Shown one piece after another: positions 1 through 15,242 of a DNA stretch of 64,000 nt. The DNA lies in contig CM022670.1 of NCBI GenBank assembly GCA_012295275.1, positions 31,124,001 through 31,188,000 on the forward strand, given 5' to 3'. Under the pieces are notes generated by a model, which searched no databases, was not told the DNA's origin, and saw only the letters and a list, made by a program, of their open reading frames with translations. The translations under genes were made by a program, and so were the position numbers. Positions within the stretch are counted from its first letter, which is position 1. Every line of letters begins with the position of its first letter. This DNA is from Chrysomallon squamiferum. Taxonomy: Eukaryota > Animalia > Mollusca.

Positions 1-3000
1 GGCGACAGGAATGTCAACTGTATGGCTAATATCGTATTTGTGACAAACAGTTTTAACTCGTAACATAATTTGTCTTTGGCCAACACACTGGGTTTTTTTT
101 CTCCATAAGTTGCATGTTTTCAAATATACAACATTTTTGGAATCCCAGTCTAGGTTAGTTCGGATTTAATATTCACTTTTTGTTTTTTCACTTTTGAACG
201 TAGACTGAGATTTTATTATGATCTGAAGGCTGCATTTTTCAAACTGCATACCTGTGTAAATTGTTACATCAAAAAAATCTACAGTTTGGTTTTAAATTTC
301 CAAAATTTCCAAAATTAGTGTATCAATGGGAGTAACTAAAATGTTCTAGTCTGAGATTCAAATCGTGATGCTACACATAAATGTATGTCAATGTATGTAT
401 GTGTGTATATATGTATATATGTGAATGTATGTATGTGTGTATTTATGTATGTATGTATGAATGTACGTATGTATGTATGTATGTATGTATATACGTACGT
501 ACGTTTATATAGTGGATCTGTCAAAAACAAGTTTCACTTGGGACCAACCAGATTTGCGGTTTATAAAGATTAAAATGACATGAAATTGGAGTATGTTTTT
601 CTTTTTATGAATGTTAAACGTCTATCGAGTGTCACATGTCCATTCAGATGTTTTGTTTTGATTTTTTACAGTGTAGGTGTCCAAGTTTTAAAATGTCAAA
701 TACTGTCTGTTTTGTTTCCATTTCATCCAGCGATGATATGAACATACGTTGCGATCGGCCAGTATTATTTTCATCAGTTATATTTATTAATAAATCATGC
801 GACCAACTACATGAGTAGCTGCAAAAATGCATTGTTTTGCTGTTGCGAGAGAGACTGACAATAAAGATAGTTCTTTTAAGTCCAGATTAACATAATGACT
901 GTACAGAATCACATGAACAGTAAAGATTACAATTAACACGTGAACGTAAGTAGAGGTCCGAGGCAGGAGAAAGCAGGCTGCAAGTAATAGTAAACAAACA
1001 TAAGAATAAAACTTTTGTTAAGCAGTTTGATCACTTATGGCTTCAGTGTCTATGCAATATTTTGTAAAATGCCCATTTTATTATAAACAGAATATCGACG
1101 AATGCATGTAGATGGTTAATTTTATGTTTGTGAATATGCCTGGTGTTGTCTCATTTCGCCTTTACAAAATCTCACTTCGCCCTTGATGTATCCAGAGGGA
1201 GAATTAACTTCTCCCTATTTTCCCTAGCCCAGCGTAAACCCTGCATAGCTAAATCTTTCTGTTTACACAGTTTATTTGACTAAAATTCTTCTATTAATTT
1301 TGCTATAGAAAGTTCGATATGTTGCTATTAGTTAGGTCGTTCTGTCATCACGATTTATTCAACAAAATGTGCGCCATACGTATTTATGAAGACTTTCGCT
1401 CTTGACACTAAATCTAAATGAGAGAATTAATTCAGTTAGGTATCAACACATTCTAATAATAATCTTGATGAAGTATGACATCTTTATTGCAAATTGCCGC
1501 TGTTGTTTAAGAAGTGATTGTAATTTCAAAATTGTAAAATTGTGTGCCAGTGTTGACAAAACTAATTACTATACAATCTGTTGTTGCTGTGTTTTTTTTT
1601 GTTTTTTTTTGGTTGTTGTTTTTTTTATCTGGAATTTACACCCGAAATCCGAAGCAGAAAGTAATATGACTTTATTATCATAAACTATAGTAAAGGCCTA
1701 GTTTTACAGATTCCAGTGTGTGTATGTGAGTGTGTGTGTGTGTGTGTGTGTGTGGACAATTTTTTATATGTTATGAATGAATATGCAATGATATGTAATA
1801 ATTAAACACAACTGGGAGTACAGTGTCCTGCACACACAATGATTAATGTGTGATTTTGAACATGTCCTTTTTGGGCGCGCATATTAAAAATAAAATATCT
1901 GGGGGTCCTCGAAAGCATTTTATCTTTTTTAACTGCGAATATATATATTTATGTAACTGGCCTGCGATTAATATTTATTTATTTGAATGCTTCAGGCGGT
2001 AACGGGCAATATATTTTTCTTGATACATCAACAGGTACAATAACAATAAAAAAGAGAATTACTGCAGCCTGCAGAGTTGAAGAATAGTTGTTTATTTGCT
2101 GATTCATTTGTCTAAAACTGAAATAGAAAAACAGAAGAAAGAAATAGGCTTGTATTAAAATATATAGATGTACAGGTATATTTACCTGTATGTACATGTA
2201 TTATTTGATTTGCATCTTTAATTAATAGAATAATAATGAAATAAACTGGAATGCTAAAACAGAGAAAAACTATTTTATTTATTTTAAATTATATTTATCT
2301 CAATATAATGCTGAGGTAATATTTTTTGTATTTGAGTCTTTTACTGTTCGAATTTGCTTGAATTCTGTTTTAGAAATCCAACGAAAATATGAAATGTATT
2401 CATAAACATATATTCAAACATAATCATTACTGTCATCAAATACCAAACACATTAAACATTATGACTAATTTTTTTTTATATAAACATACGTTTCCAATAA
2501 CCTTCAGAAAAAATGAAAATGTTTTATTTGTAATACTGAAAGTGTATTTACAACAGTAACAAACAAAAAGGTCTATGTGCTGAGCATTTTAAAATAATGT
2601 TTAATTAGTAATCTGATTTTACTGGTGTAGTCTGCATTTATAAATTTATACCATTTGTACTAAGGTATTTACATTTAATATTTATTTAATTTTAAATTTT
2701 TGACAGGGCACTGTACTTTAGAAACCGGGATATTTATATATGTATGTGTGTATGTGTGTGTGTGTGTTATGCAGTTGCTCAGAAATATTCTGATGAATTA
2801 TGATTTTATGACCTTTTATTATAACATTCGGAAAGATTTTGGAACCATATATAATATTATTTATCAGATTTTACAACATACCTAGCCTTTTCTTGAATAA
2901 TTGATATTCTTTTCTATATGTTATAAGCCAAATATGCTAATTTCTATTGCTATTTTGAGAAGTAGAATAAAAGCAATAAAGACTAAAATGAGATTTATTA

Positions 3001-3408
3001 TTTTCTGTGGCTCAGTATTAAAACAGCTGTTTAGAATACAATGTTTATTAAAATATCCATTTACAATATATATACCTAGAAAATAACACAAATGTTCTCG
3101 AAACATTGTTCTTTTTCATTTCAGTGTAAAATTTGTCTAATAGATTGAGAAATATTTTCGCTTCAAACTGAGTCTGATGTATGTAGGTTTTTCCTCGAAA
3201 ATATAAAATATTCCGATGTTGAGCAAAGATAAAGTATATGTATATAACATTTGTCCAAAGGCTTAGCCATAAACTGACACTGAGTAGTCCAAGGTTAAAT
3301 TCTAGCATTTTATCTTTTATCGTTAAATACAAAGGACACGATAAACGGATAATAAACGGTAGGACATCAGAAAAAAATTAAATAAATAAAACAGAAAATA
3401 ACAATAAC

Positions 3409-3444
<36 letters not shown>

Positions 3445-4431
3445 AATAAATAAACCACAAAAAACAAAACAGCAACAAAAAAAACAAAACAAATAATAAT
3501 ATAAATAAATAAAATATGCTTCACACCTATTAAAAGTGTCTCGTTAGACAAATAATAATTTATTATTATTATTATTTCACTTCGTAAATATTTTTCGTAG
3601 TTTTAATTTTTCATTCCTTTAATAAACACACACACACACAACAAAAAACAGCGTCTGATAACCTTCTAAATGTTACTTAAAGGATCAAATACCTACTTTT
3701 CTGATTCGTATGTCACATGTTTGTGTTTCCGAGTGATAATCGGCACTTCGTCTTTGTATCACAAGTGCTAAAAAACATATTAGCCAGTTTGTGGTTAGAA
3801 GGTCAAACGGGAATCTAGGCCAGAATCTGCACGTACTGTTTTTCTTTTTGAAATGTCAATAATTCAGAGATATTGGTAAAAAAAGCCCTGATATCTCCTT
3901 CACTGATTATTTCATTTCGGTTGATAACCAATATGTCCATGTGCGTTTTTATATGTAAGTTTATCTTGGTATTTGTATGCATGTTTGTGTACGTATGTGT
4001 ATGTGAATTTCTGTATATTGTTTCTGTCTACATTAAGATACATGCATACATCCGTACATACATACATACATCGTCTACAAACAGACAATACAGGCAAATA
4101 CAGACAAATACAGACAAACACAGATACGCACAGATACACACATTACGTCTTACAGAAAATAAAATAAAAAATATATCAAAATATAAAAAGTTCAAAAAAC
4201 CGATAATAATTTAATATAATTAGGCGATTTAAGCATCAAATCGGAAAGGTATATCGAGTATAACAATAACAAAAAAAAAAAAAATACATAGATATCGACA
4301 ATGACATGACAACAGCCATGAAAAATGAAATTTATATAAAAAATATATTTTTTTTATAATATTAAAAAAAAATCAAATGACACAATAAATAATCTGAACA
4401 CAAAGGCACAAACTCCACTATACATCGCACG

Positions 4432-4798
4432 TTAAAAACAACATAGAGATACTTCACAGTTAAATATACAACACATATGTTCTTCGTAATTAAACAAGAT
4501 ATATATACTTCACATTTAAACAAACAACATATGCATACTTTACATTCAAACAAACAATATATACATATTTCGTATTTAAACTTTAAACATACAACATATA
4601 CATACTTCATATTTAAATATACAACGTACATATTTCATATTTAAACATACAATATGTACCTACTTGATATTTAAAGAAACCACATATACACATTGCATAA
4701 TTAAACAACGACATATACATACTTCATATTTAAACACACAAGATATACAGTCTTCGTATTTAAACATACAACATATTCATACTTCAAATTTAAACAAC
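4432..4798. repeat. Degenerate minisatellite, about 29-30 bp unit
   Basis: About a dozen imperfect copies of TTAAACATACAACATATACATACTTCATAT. Confidence 0.85.
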
Positions 4799-6087
4799 GC
4801 ATGGCTTAATCGGCCTCAATCTTGCTGTTTTATTAGCTCCATAAATAATATATTTGTATGATTCGCTGGTTTAATTACCGGAATGGATATTTCAAGCATC
4901 ACATCGGAAAGGTTTATCGAGTATAAATCAAGCTGCCTGATTCACAGACAAAACATTTAAAATAGAAAATGCTTACATTTCGCTAAAGGAGTCTTAACTG
5001 TTTCCACAACAGTTTTGATATACTGTTGTAAACATTAGGGAAGAACAGAGGAGAACAAAAAAATCAATTTTTAAATCTTTGGAATTTGATATTATAAAAA
5101 ATGTACTTATGTTTAGTTTTTTAATATCATAGAAGGACTTTTAATATATGCAATCCACTTTCAGCTAAATATATCTACAATTACTGTTAAGTTTCTTCAA
5201 CTGATGACTTTTACTGTTTCTGTGTTAAGTACAACTTAAAATTTAAATAATAAATTTCCTTACGTTATGATATGGTAAAAAACGAATGATATAATTAAAA
5301 TCAGAATAAAAAAATGACAGAACATAAACTGAATATCGAATAATAAATTTAAGAAAGCAAAAATTAAAGAAAAACAGAACGAATGCAAATAACAACAACG
5401 ACAAAAAAAACAACAACAACAACAATAATAATAATAATAATAATAATAAAAAACAACAACGACAACAAATAAATAAAATAAAGTAAGTGAGCTGTTTTTA
5501 TTCATTAATCATAGTGCATATCAGAAAGTTAAATGGAAGAAATTCGTGGTAAGAAATATATTTGAAACTTAGATCTAGTAACTGGAGACCAGCAAGGATA
5601 ATCATGATGAACAAAATCGAAACAGTTATTTCCCTTTAGTTACAGTAACGATCACCATTAAAAACAGAAATAACTAACTAAATAAATGGAATTAGAAAAA
5701 ATGTATATTCAGTAGTTTATTACTTAATCCATGATCAAATCAGTGAATTAATCCGTTATGTCATTCAGACACTACTAATTTATTGACACTCAGTCTAGTC
5801 AGTAGAAAATAGATGGTAAAAAATCTCAAACGAGAAATCTGCGCTTAAATTTTTTATTATTTTAATTTTTAATTTTTTAGAGATAAAAGCTTGTCACTGT
5901 TATAATGTTGATTTCGAGCTGGTCGTAGACGCTGTATGTTGACGGTCAATTCACATTGAAGCTGTTAATGAGCCGTTTCCTGCACCACGGGATTGATTTG
6001 TAAAAGTTTGAGCTGTCCTGTCCTGTTAATCAAAGTGGTCATTGGTTTCTTGTTACAATGTTGATGTAATGATGACGATGATTCATG

Positions 6088-6110
6088 ATTATTATTATTA
6101 TTACTATTAC

Positions 6111-6179
<69 letters not shown>
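6088..6179. repeat. (ATT)n microsatellite
   Basis: Directly visible, with two ACT variant units. Confidence 0.95.
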
Positions 6180-6180
<1 letters not shown>

Positions 6181-8959
6181 AATGTTCCGTATAAAATATA
6201 TATAGATTATTCGCTGTTTTAACAACTACGTAACATTTTTCCTCGTTAATATTGTAGGGTCCCATGATGGCTAGTAATACATCAGGGTTCATTGCGTATA
6301 AAATCATGTTTCCAATTTGGCCAGTATAAACGATTTAATGACATTTTCTTGTACACTACATGATTGATGACAAACCATTATTTGAATATTTTAGATAGTT
6401 TAGTATTAACTTCAGGCATTTTAGAAAATTCAGTATTAGAGGAATTCTGTTATATTTTTTATTAACTGTGATAATTTCAGTCGGTTTCAGAATAACTAGG
6501 ATTCTCTTGGAATTTTAGCACTGGACAAACTCTCAGGAAATCTATATGTGGCGTTAAATTAATGACGTCATTCTGCCTGTTCTTAAGGATCAATAATAAA
6601 AAAATAATAATAATACAAAATAATGATACATATATATATAATTTTAAAAAGTCAAATTCTCGGGTTCATTGTTACATGTAATAAACATATTTTTTATTTA
6701 AATTATACATTAGAGATTCACACAGATATACTATGAAGTAATCGAATCTAAATTTCAAACTGAAGAAGAGGTCAATAGAAAGTTAGAATTTAAGCAACAA
6801 AGAAAGAAAGGATAAGAGTAAATTTACTTAAATTTTGAAAGGGAGAAAAACTAAATTAAAAGAAAGAATGAAAGAAAAATATTGAATAATAAAGTAAGAA
6901 AGAAAATAATGATAAAATAAAGAAGGAAAGAAAAATAACAAAGAAAAAAATAATTAGAAGAAAAAAAAAAGAAAGAAAGAGAAAGACACAGGAAAAGAAA
7001 TAATTATAGATAAAAGCATTTCAGTTTCCAAAAATAGCTCTTCCTACATCGTTTTCACGTGAAATATTTTTGTTTCTCTTATCATTAGATTTCCCAGCCT
7101 TATTAAAGCTTAAACATAACATTATATCAGAAGAAAGAATGGGCCTGTTTTTTTAAGAACCATAATTAACAGTTACTCGAGCCATACATAATTAACTATT
7201 AATAATAAGTGGAATACCAGCATTAGACAGCCAGCGATATATTCAACTAAAGACGTTTCATTATAGGTAGAATAACAGATCACGTATATACATTGAAATA
7301 TATAAGCGTGGGTGAGGATATGAGTAATTTTCAGTATCTGTCTATCAGATCGTGACTAAGCATGTCTGTAGCACACTGATATTGTCCGAAAGTTCTCTCC
7401 AGTACAAGGCAGATCACAGCTATTGTCTAGGAGAACGTATTTGTGTCAGATGTATTCAGCTGTTCCCTGAGGTATGCCAGTAGCCGTTAAAGGGCTTTCA
7501 AAGTGTAGTTCAAAGAGTCTGAGATGCAATGGCTGCTGGTCAAGTAACGTTAATGTCGAATAAAGATTCTGCTTTATTTTAGACTCAAAATTAATGTTTT
7601 TGATAATGTTCCAGCCTTATTATTATTTTCACCATCAAAGCGGAAATCTTATGAAGGTGAGCTTTGAAACACTCACATTCAATTTATTAATTGGTGTCTT
7701 GTAGATTGAAGCCGATGAGATAAATCCTGTGATGGTATTTATTCCTGGTGGAGGATACCCTTTTTAAATTATGATTATTTATGATTTCATGATAGCTTTT
7801 TTTTTTTTTTTTTTTGTCCGGACAATAGGTTATAGACTACAAGTATTAGGTTGTTGATTAAGATAAAAGTGCTTGTATATATTTATATATATATATGGAT
7901 GTATGGAAATCTACACGTACATGAAAGAAAATATAAATAGTAAAAACAATATAGTCAACATTTATTTTGCTATGATGTGTGTTAATATATGTGTATTTCT
8001 CTTTGCATGTGTTCCTCTATAGTGTCGCTTCGGGGGACTTGTTTTTACTTACTGTTGGGTCTTACACTCTGTGGATGTATAAACATATCAGATTGTTAGG
8101 AATGAAACATTATTTCCCATGAGACAGGTATTTCTCTTGCAAATCAGTAGTCATTATTTTCTACTGCTATTAAAATCTCGATTTACTAATAAATATTTCA
8201 GGATTTTTGTCCACTGGAGACAGTTCAGACCTTGGAAAACTGAGTCAAGTGGCTGCGATTCAGTTTGGAAAAAATACTTTCAGTTTCTGATCGACAGCAC
8301 CTTTTTAGGTCAACAGAGTTAAAACATACGAAATCACAATAGCAACTGAAATACAGGAACACAAAAAAAAAAACACACACACATTTAGTTAGACTATATT
8401 TGTACTCTCTGACGCCTGATGATAAATAATTACTGACAGTCAAACTGGAAATTTGAATATGTAGGTTTTTTTAAAGTCATTGGCGATTGAAACCTGTGGT
8501 ATTCAGTATGCCACTAATAAAAGCTGTAAAATGCTGTTAATATGGCAGGAATGATTGTGCTGGGTTTGTTGCTTGTCTAAGATACAAATCTCGAGATGCT
8601 CTGAGCTAGAAAAATGATAGATTTCATTCACCTATTGAAATGTTTCCAGTAGTTTATATTTGGTATTCCAGTAGTTTATATCTGGAGTGAAATCTTTCAA
8701 ACTTTCCCCAATTCAAATTTATAGCGTAATCTAATTTATCTTCATAGCATAGTTCCTCAGAATTCCAACAGTTTAATTTCGTATAATCTTCAATAATATG
8801 ATTCAAGGTTGTACATTACGAGTGGCCAGAGGGAAGATAGATAATATATATATCTTTAGTACGACGAATTTGCTTGTTAGATAAAGGTTGAAGTACTTTG
8901 GGTGTTTTCAATGTCAGTCACACAGTTATGAACCCACAACACATGTGTAAATAAACTAA

Positions 8960-9216
8960 TACACACATATAAACTTACATTCATACACACATATCTACAA
9001 ATACATACATAGATACATACATTCATACATACATATATAAATACATACATACACACCCATGCATACACACATTCATACATACATACACAAAGATACATAC
9101 ATACATACACACATAATATACACATACATATGTACATACATACACACATATATACATGCATACATACACACATACACACACGTGCGTACACACATACATA
9201 CATACACACACATACA
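8960..9216. repeat. Degenerate (TACA)n/(CA)n tract
   Basis: Directly visible. It generates the spurious MYVC/HTYI ORFs. Similar tracts lie at about 381-505, 23160-23400 and 62035-62145. Confidence 0.9.
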
Positions 9217-9837
9217 AGTATTTGAGAAGAACACGGATTAAATAAGAACAACATTACTACATCACGACGTTATACTGAACTGTCGATTAACATTAAGAAT
9301 TATATCATTTTCAGCAAGCCTAATGGTCTATAGAGAAATAATTATGTTAATATCAGGCTATAACAGATTGATCCTGAAATGTTTTCACAGACATATAATT
9401 CATCTCTTTATGTAGTTTAATAATTCTTAATATACTTATCTCAATATATATAATATATATAATATAATAATGCCTGCACATAATTACCTCATTATAAACA
9501 CTATTATGGCATGTGGTCTCCGTAGTCAGTGATATTATAGTGATATGTAAATAAACGTCAGTATAGTGATATGTGAATAAATATTAGTCGTTTTTACAAC
9601 CATTCTTTCTGCAGAGCTTTTTAGCACAACTTTCTGGTCAGTAACATTAACTAAAAATGTTATTTACATATTTAATTACTGTGAATACCTATCTACTTAA
9701 CCGTCATTTGTATCTGATTTAGGCTCTGAAAAGAGAAGCTTTTAATGTGAACAAAAAGTGAACTTCTAAATAAACAGATAAATAATTATTTTATTTTATT
9801 ATTAATATATTTATTTGGCTGTCATTTTTGTAATTAA

Positions 9838-9954
<117 letters not shown>

Positions 9955-10806
9955 AGAAATAACTATCTTATTTACTTATATTCTTTATTAACTATTTTTC
10001 TTAATTTTTATTTACGTACGCCTACTACTAAATCAATATCAAGTAGCATCTGGCTTCGTTTTACAAAGAAACAGACACATATATTTATCTTCCAGACACT
10101 ATAAAAACGTACATGTTTTCACAAACGATGCACCTGCGAAAGATTTCTTTTCTAAAATAAATTGAAATACGGTGACGTGAAACAATGATTAATAAACAAG
10201 TTGTTTATATAAAAATGTTTCATATGAAAACTAAAATATATTCATTATTTGTTGCAAGAACAACATTATTTGTTTCTTCAACATCCTCGTCATATACATC
10301 CATCTATCCATCCATCCATCCATCCATTCATACATACATACATACATACATACATACATACACACACATATAAATTCAAAAACATGCACACTGACATGAT
10401 ACAAAAGTGAACCGAAATCAGCAGAAGATGATAACGCGATAATAGCTAGACATAAAGATAAGCAGACATATTCGTTTTGTCTATTAGATCAACTAGAAAA
10501 CCATCATTCGAGAACCTAGGTGTCCCAAGAATATTAATTAAGAACGACACTATCATACATTATTAGTCGCCTGTGTATTATGAATTTGCCTTAATAAGAT
10601 GATGAAGTCATCATGACGGGGGAGTTTTTCTTAATTACTCAGAAGTATTAATAGCTATTTCGTGATGTCAAGTAAAGAAGCACTAATTGAAAATACGATC
10701 TTCTAATCAATATTCTCTATGAGAGCGTGGGTAAAACTGTAACGAAAAAATATTTGTTTAATGCCACCTTAACGTATTTCTTTCAGTTTCACTGATATCA
10801 GCAGCC

Positions 10807-10809
<3 letters not shown>

Positions 10810-10888
<79 letters not shown>

Positions 10889-10909
10889 AATAATAACAAC
10901 AACAACAAC

Positions 10910-10942
<33 letters not shown>

Positions 10943-10945
10943 TAT
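10810..10945. repeat. (TC)n followed by (AAC)n/(AAT)n compound microsatellite
   Basis: Directly visible. Confidence 0.95.
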
Positions 10946-11009
10946 GATCATGATAAATGATGACGATGATGACAGTATAATATAAAATAAAATAAAATAA
11001 AGTAAAATA

Positions 11010-11266
11010 CAGTTTGAGGATCCCTTATTCCGAAATTTCCGAAAACCGAAACCTTTCTTGTGCAGCAAATAGTTTTCAGATGGTTTAGTGTATACATTTT
11101 ATTTCATGCACAAAAGTTTTTAAAATATTGTATGAAAAATGAACATACTAGCAGTATATCTGTTTAAGGTGTATATGAAATTTATTTTGTGTTTAGATCA
11201 TATTCTTCTTTTATTCTAAAGTCTGAAAAATCCAGAAATCCGAAACATTTTTGGTTCCAAGTATTC
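11010..11266 (+). mobile_element. Decayed non-autonomous pogo/TcMar-Tigger MITE, Tigger4/Zombi-like
   Basis: Starts TA|CAGTTTGAGGATCCCTTATTCCGAAA and carries subterminal (T/A)CCGAAA repeats near both ends. Internal blocks TTTCATGCACAAAA..AAAATATTGTAT, TAAGGTGTATATGAAA and AAATCCGAAACATTTTTGGTTCCAAGTATT follow the order I recall for the Tigger4b consensus (from memory, not aligned). The right TIR is eroded. Confidence 0.7.
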
Positions 11267-12599
11267 GCCTACATCTACATGTGTCTGAGCTCTCATCTAT
11301 CTGTTGTTCATTCACGTTAAAATGAACGTTTAATTAGGTATCGTACTTGCTTGGATGCAGCAAGAAAATTATCATGGAGAAATATGAGATCTTGCATAGA
11401 TGACCATCATTATAATAAATCAGTAACTGAGTCCATGTCTCCGAAAAGTATTGACCCCGCTTGTGAATTATTATAATGATACTGGTTACGAATGCAACAT
11501 ATTGCTTTAATTAGCTAAACTGTCACACGCCAGAGTTCATTCCCCAACTTGTTATATTTCTTATTACATTTTTCTCTGTCTTTCCGAATTCTTGATTTTT
11601 GTTAACCCTATATGCACAAACAAATACGAACAAAATCTAAACTGTCACCACCGTAATATATAGAGAAAGAACTAAAATGTTTGTATGATTCAAATATGAT
11701 GAAAATAGAATGTGGAGTTTAATGTAATTTTCTTCTTCTTAATTAACTGCAATTTTAAATAGTAAAACAGAAGAAAGACAGATAATAAAGTAGGGAAATT
11801 GGTGAAAAAAAAAGAATAGAATTCGAAATATATAAAGTATATATGAGTATCCGTTTATGTATCTGTGTGTATGTGTATATGAATGAGAAATAAAGGTGTA
11901 TATGATTGTGTATCTGTTTTATTTTGTCTATAATGCTTCATATATAAAACAATACATCACTGTAACTAGCTACGAGGAAATAAGCACTAATTCAAAATAG
12001 TCAAATAATTTATATTGGGTAGAATACTTTTTTTAATTATTTATTGTCATTCTTTAGCGATTTTACAGTTATATTTATATTATGCTTGCTGTATACCAGT
12101 CTAAATAGCATATCCAAACACGTTATTTCTGGTGTATATGTACAAAACTAGACAAATAAAAATATAAAATTATATTTAACACGCAAAGAAAAACGTGTAA
12201 AAGGAAAGAATGTTTTTTAATTAGATAAAAAATAAATAAATAAAAACAAGAAGACGAGTAAGAAGAGAAGCACCCGAAAAAAAGAAAGATTGTAAAATGA
12301 AATATTCTGAAAGCATCAGCTTCTAATTGTACAGATAACTGAGAATGCAATGTACATCAATCTCAAAATAAATGATTTTCAAACTTTGCAAGGAATAGTT
12401 CGCATGTATTATAATTGTTGTTGCTGTTGTTGTTCAAAAGCAAAAAAGAAAATAACGAAAACCTACAAAAACCTACAAAAACCACACAAACAAACAAAAG
12501 CCATCCCCCCAAAAAAGGAAATTTCATTTATGTTCGTGTTTATATTATGTTTTGTAGATTTGTAACTTTTTTACTTTTTCTTTCCTTTTTAAAATAAGG

Positions 12600-12661
<62 letters not shown>

Positions 12662-15242
12662 TTTTTCAGAAGGCTTTGCAGGTTTCATTATTTATTGATT
12701 AATTATATAAAAAATGTTTTCCTTACCAGAGATGCTGTTTGAATAGAAACATCAATGAACATAACTTAGTCTCAAAGGAACAGTATCCTGACTGATTTTA
12801 TCTTTATTAAGCCAGCAAATTAATTATCGTCCAGATGTAGTAAACACACTGAGCACTTATAGAAAAATAATGAATACAGACAATATGATTTTTATATAAC
12901 CTGAGAAATGTCTGTAAGTTAGTGAGAAAAAGCTATAGTCACAATCTAACTCTTAGTTGTAGGACTTATGCTCAAGGAATATATTATCGTTTATTGGTAG
13001 TTACCAATAAAGGATGAATATAATTTATATAATTTATCAGATGCGAGATTATTAGATACTAAGTATGATTTACCTACATTTATTTATTGCTTCTTTCAAT
13101 CTGATGAACCCCAGTGCAGTGATTTCAGTTAGACAAACGCGCCTGTTGCTATGATAGATGCCTGTCTCTGCAATTGCTTGCTGTTATTAATGGCGTTGTT
13201 ATCATAGTTTGATTGCAACTGAACACTAACAAAACTTGGTAGAAATCAAAGGTTCCTTTGAAACGTATCCAGTAATCACTACCAGACAATTACAAGTTAC
13301 TGTTTCTGACTACAGACTGAAGTTAATTGAGAACATACAGTTTTCGCTTCCTGTCCGATCTAACATAAAGAAGACATAATATTGGTATAAGAGGCAGTGC
13401 CTTTTGTCGATTAGGTCGATTAGGTCGCTTGAGATATTGATCATGAGTTTAGTAATGGGATTCCGCATCAAAGGATATATCTATAGGAAGCATACAAAAA
13501 TACAGCTTGTTGGATATTTTATTTCCTGTAATACGTGGATGCATCGCTGTTGTTTCAGTTTGTGTTAACATTAGATAATTGGATGTTTTGAATGCCTTTT
13601 CATTTTATCGATTAACTGATTATGTTTTCCAGCAAAGAAACATTTATGCACACCTATGCTTTTTCTCTCTTTGTATCTTTCATACCGTCTTACTCATCCT
13701 CTGTACTCTCTTATATCTATCTAACTATCTATCTCTCTATCTATCCATCAATCCATCCATCTATCTATCTGTCTATCTATATATACATATATGTCTGTTT
13801 GTCTTTCTTTCCATTTCATGTCAATTACTCCTGTCTCTTTAATGTCTCTGTGTCTTTTAGTATCTTTCTTAATCTGTCCATTTATTTATTGTGTTCTTTC
13901 CATAAACCCGATGCCAGCCTAAGAAAAATCTGTGAGGTATAGTTATTACAATAAATAAATAAATAAATAAATAAATACCATATATTATTATTATAATCAG
14001 ATATTATTGAATAACATAAGTAAAATGATCATGTTTATGCGATTCCGAAAAACAAATGTGTTTATATATATATATATATATATATATATGTTTTTATGAG
14101 TTATTTTGTATTCATCCAGTAGCGTTAAATTAAAACCAGAATACATATATATCATTTTAAATTAGATTCACTGTAGAATACATTTTTTACAGAATTTGTA
14201 ATAATATAATATACGTCACAAACTCATTCGAATTATTTCTAATTATATCTGATAAGCAGTTGTACAAGGGTAGAGATGGGTTACCATAGCTGGAAAGTCT
14301 GATTAAGGACAGGAAAGAGTTATATATGTAGTGTATTCATTAAAATGCCATGACTTGAATTAACGTGCGGTTTTGTCCTTTATACATGTCATTGCTAATG
14401 TTGTGACATGATCCAATCTCCATGGGCTCGTGTGTGTGTGTGTGTAATTACTGAAAACGGGTTCATACACCCACTGTTCAGTTTATTAGAGATAATAAAA
14501 AGTATATTAGTACTGTCCTAGTATATGAAAATAGAACCATTGAGTAAATTCGAAAATATGTTGTTGTTTTGATTTAATCTTCTGCGTGCACAGTATACGG
14601 AAAGGCATAAATTTCCAAATTATTTTTTGTTTGAATTAATGGAAAAATCAAACTTGTATTTGTGATTGTGTATTTTGTATTCTTTACAGACAGCTCTACG
14701 GGGTGTAGACGTCCACTTTTACGAAACTGTTTAACAAAATAAATCAGAAATATCTATATATCTGTCTATATTATAGCTATCTTAATATAATTAATGTACA
14801 AACAGTTATATATATGTCATCAGAAATGGAAAAAGGGATATATATGAAACGGAGAGACAGATATATACAGAGAAAAAACACACACTCGGAGACAAAGACA
14901 GACATAGAGAGAGAAAGTGAGAAAGCATCAAACATGTAAAATCAAATCAAACTTAGATAATAATAATATTATTATATCAGTGGTAAGGATGAATTTTGAA
15001 AACAAAAGAGAACAAAAATACAGGAAAGAGATGATAGAGAGACTTGAGAAATTTAATTTCAATTAATCTTTTTTTCCTCTTCCCTTAAAAAAAAAATAAA
15101 AAGAAAGAAAAAAAGAATTCTATTATCTCGACTGCCAAATGATCTTATTAAAATAATGCGAAGTTCACTGTACTATTTCTGAGAAAGATGCAATTTCTTA
15201 TTTAAAATGAATGAATCCATCTTTTTTCTTCTTGGTATTATT

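Noticed and set aside
6561-6572. Palindromic CRE site AATGACGTCATT
   Set aside because: It is 16 kb from the nearest coding exon, and such a short motif could occur by chance in 64 kb.
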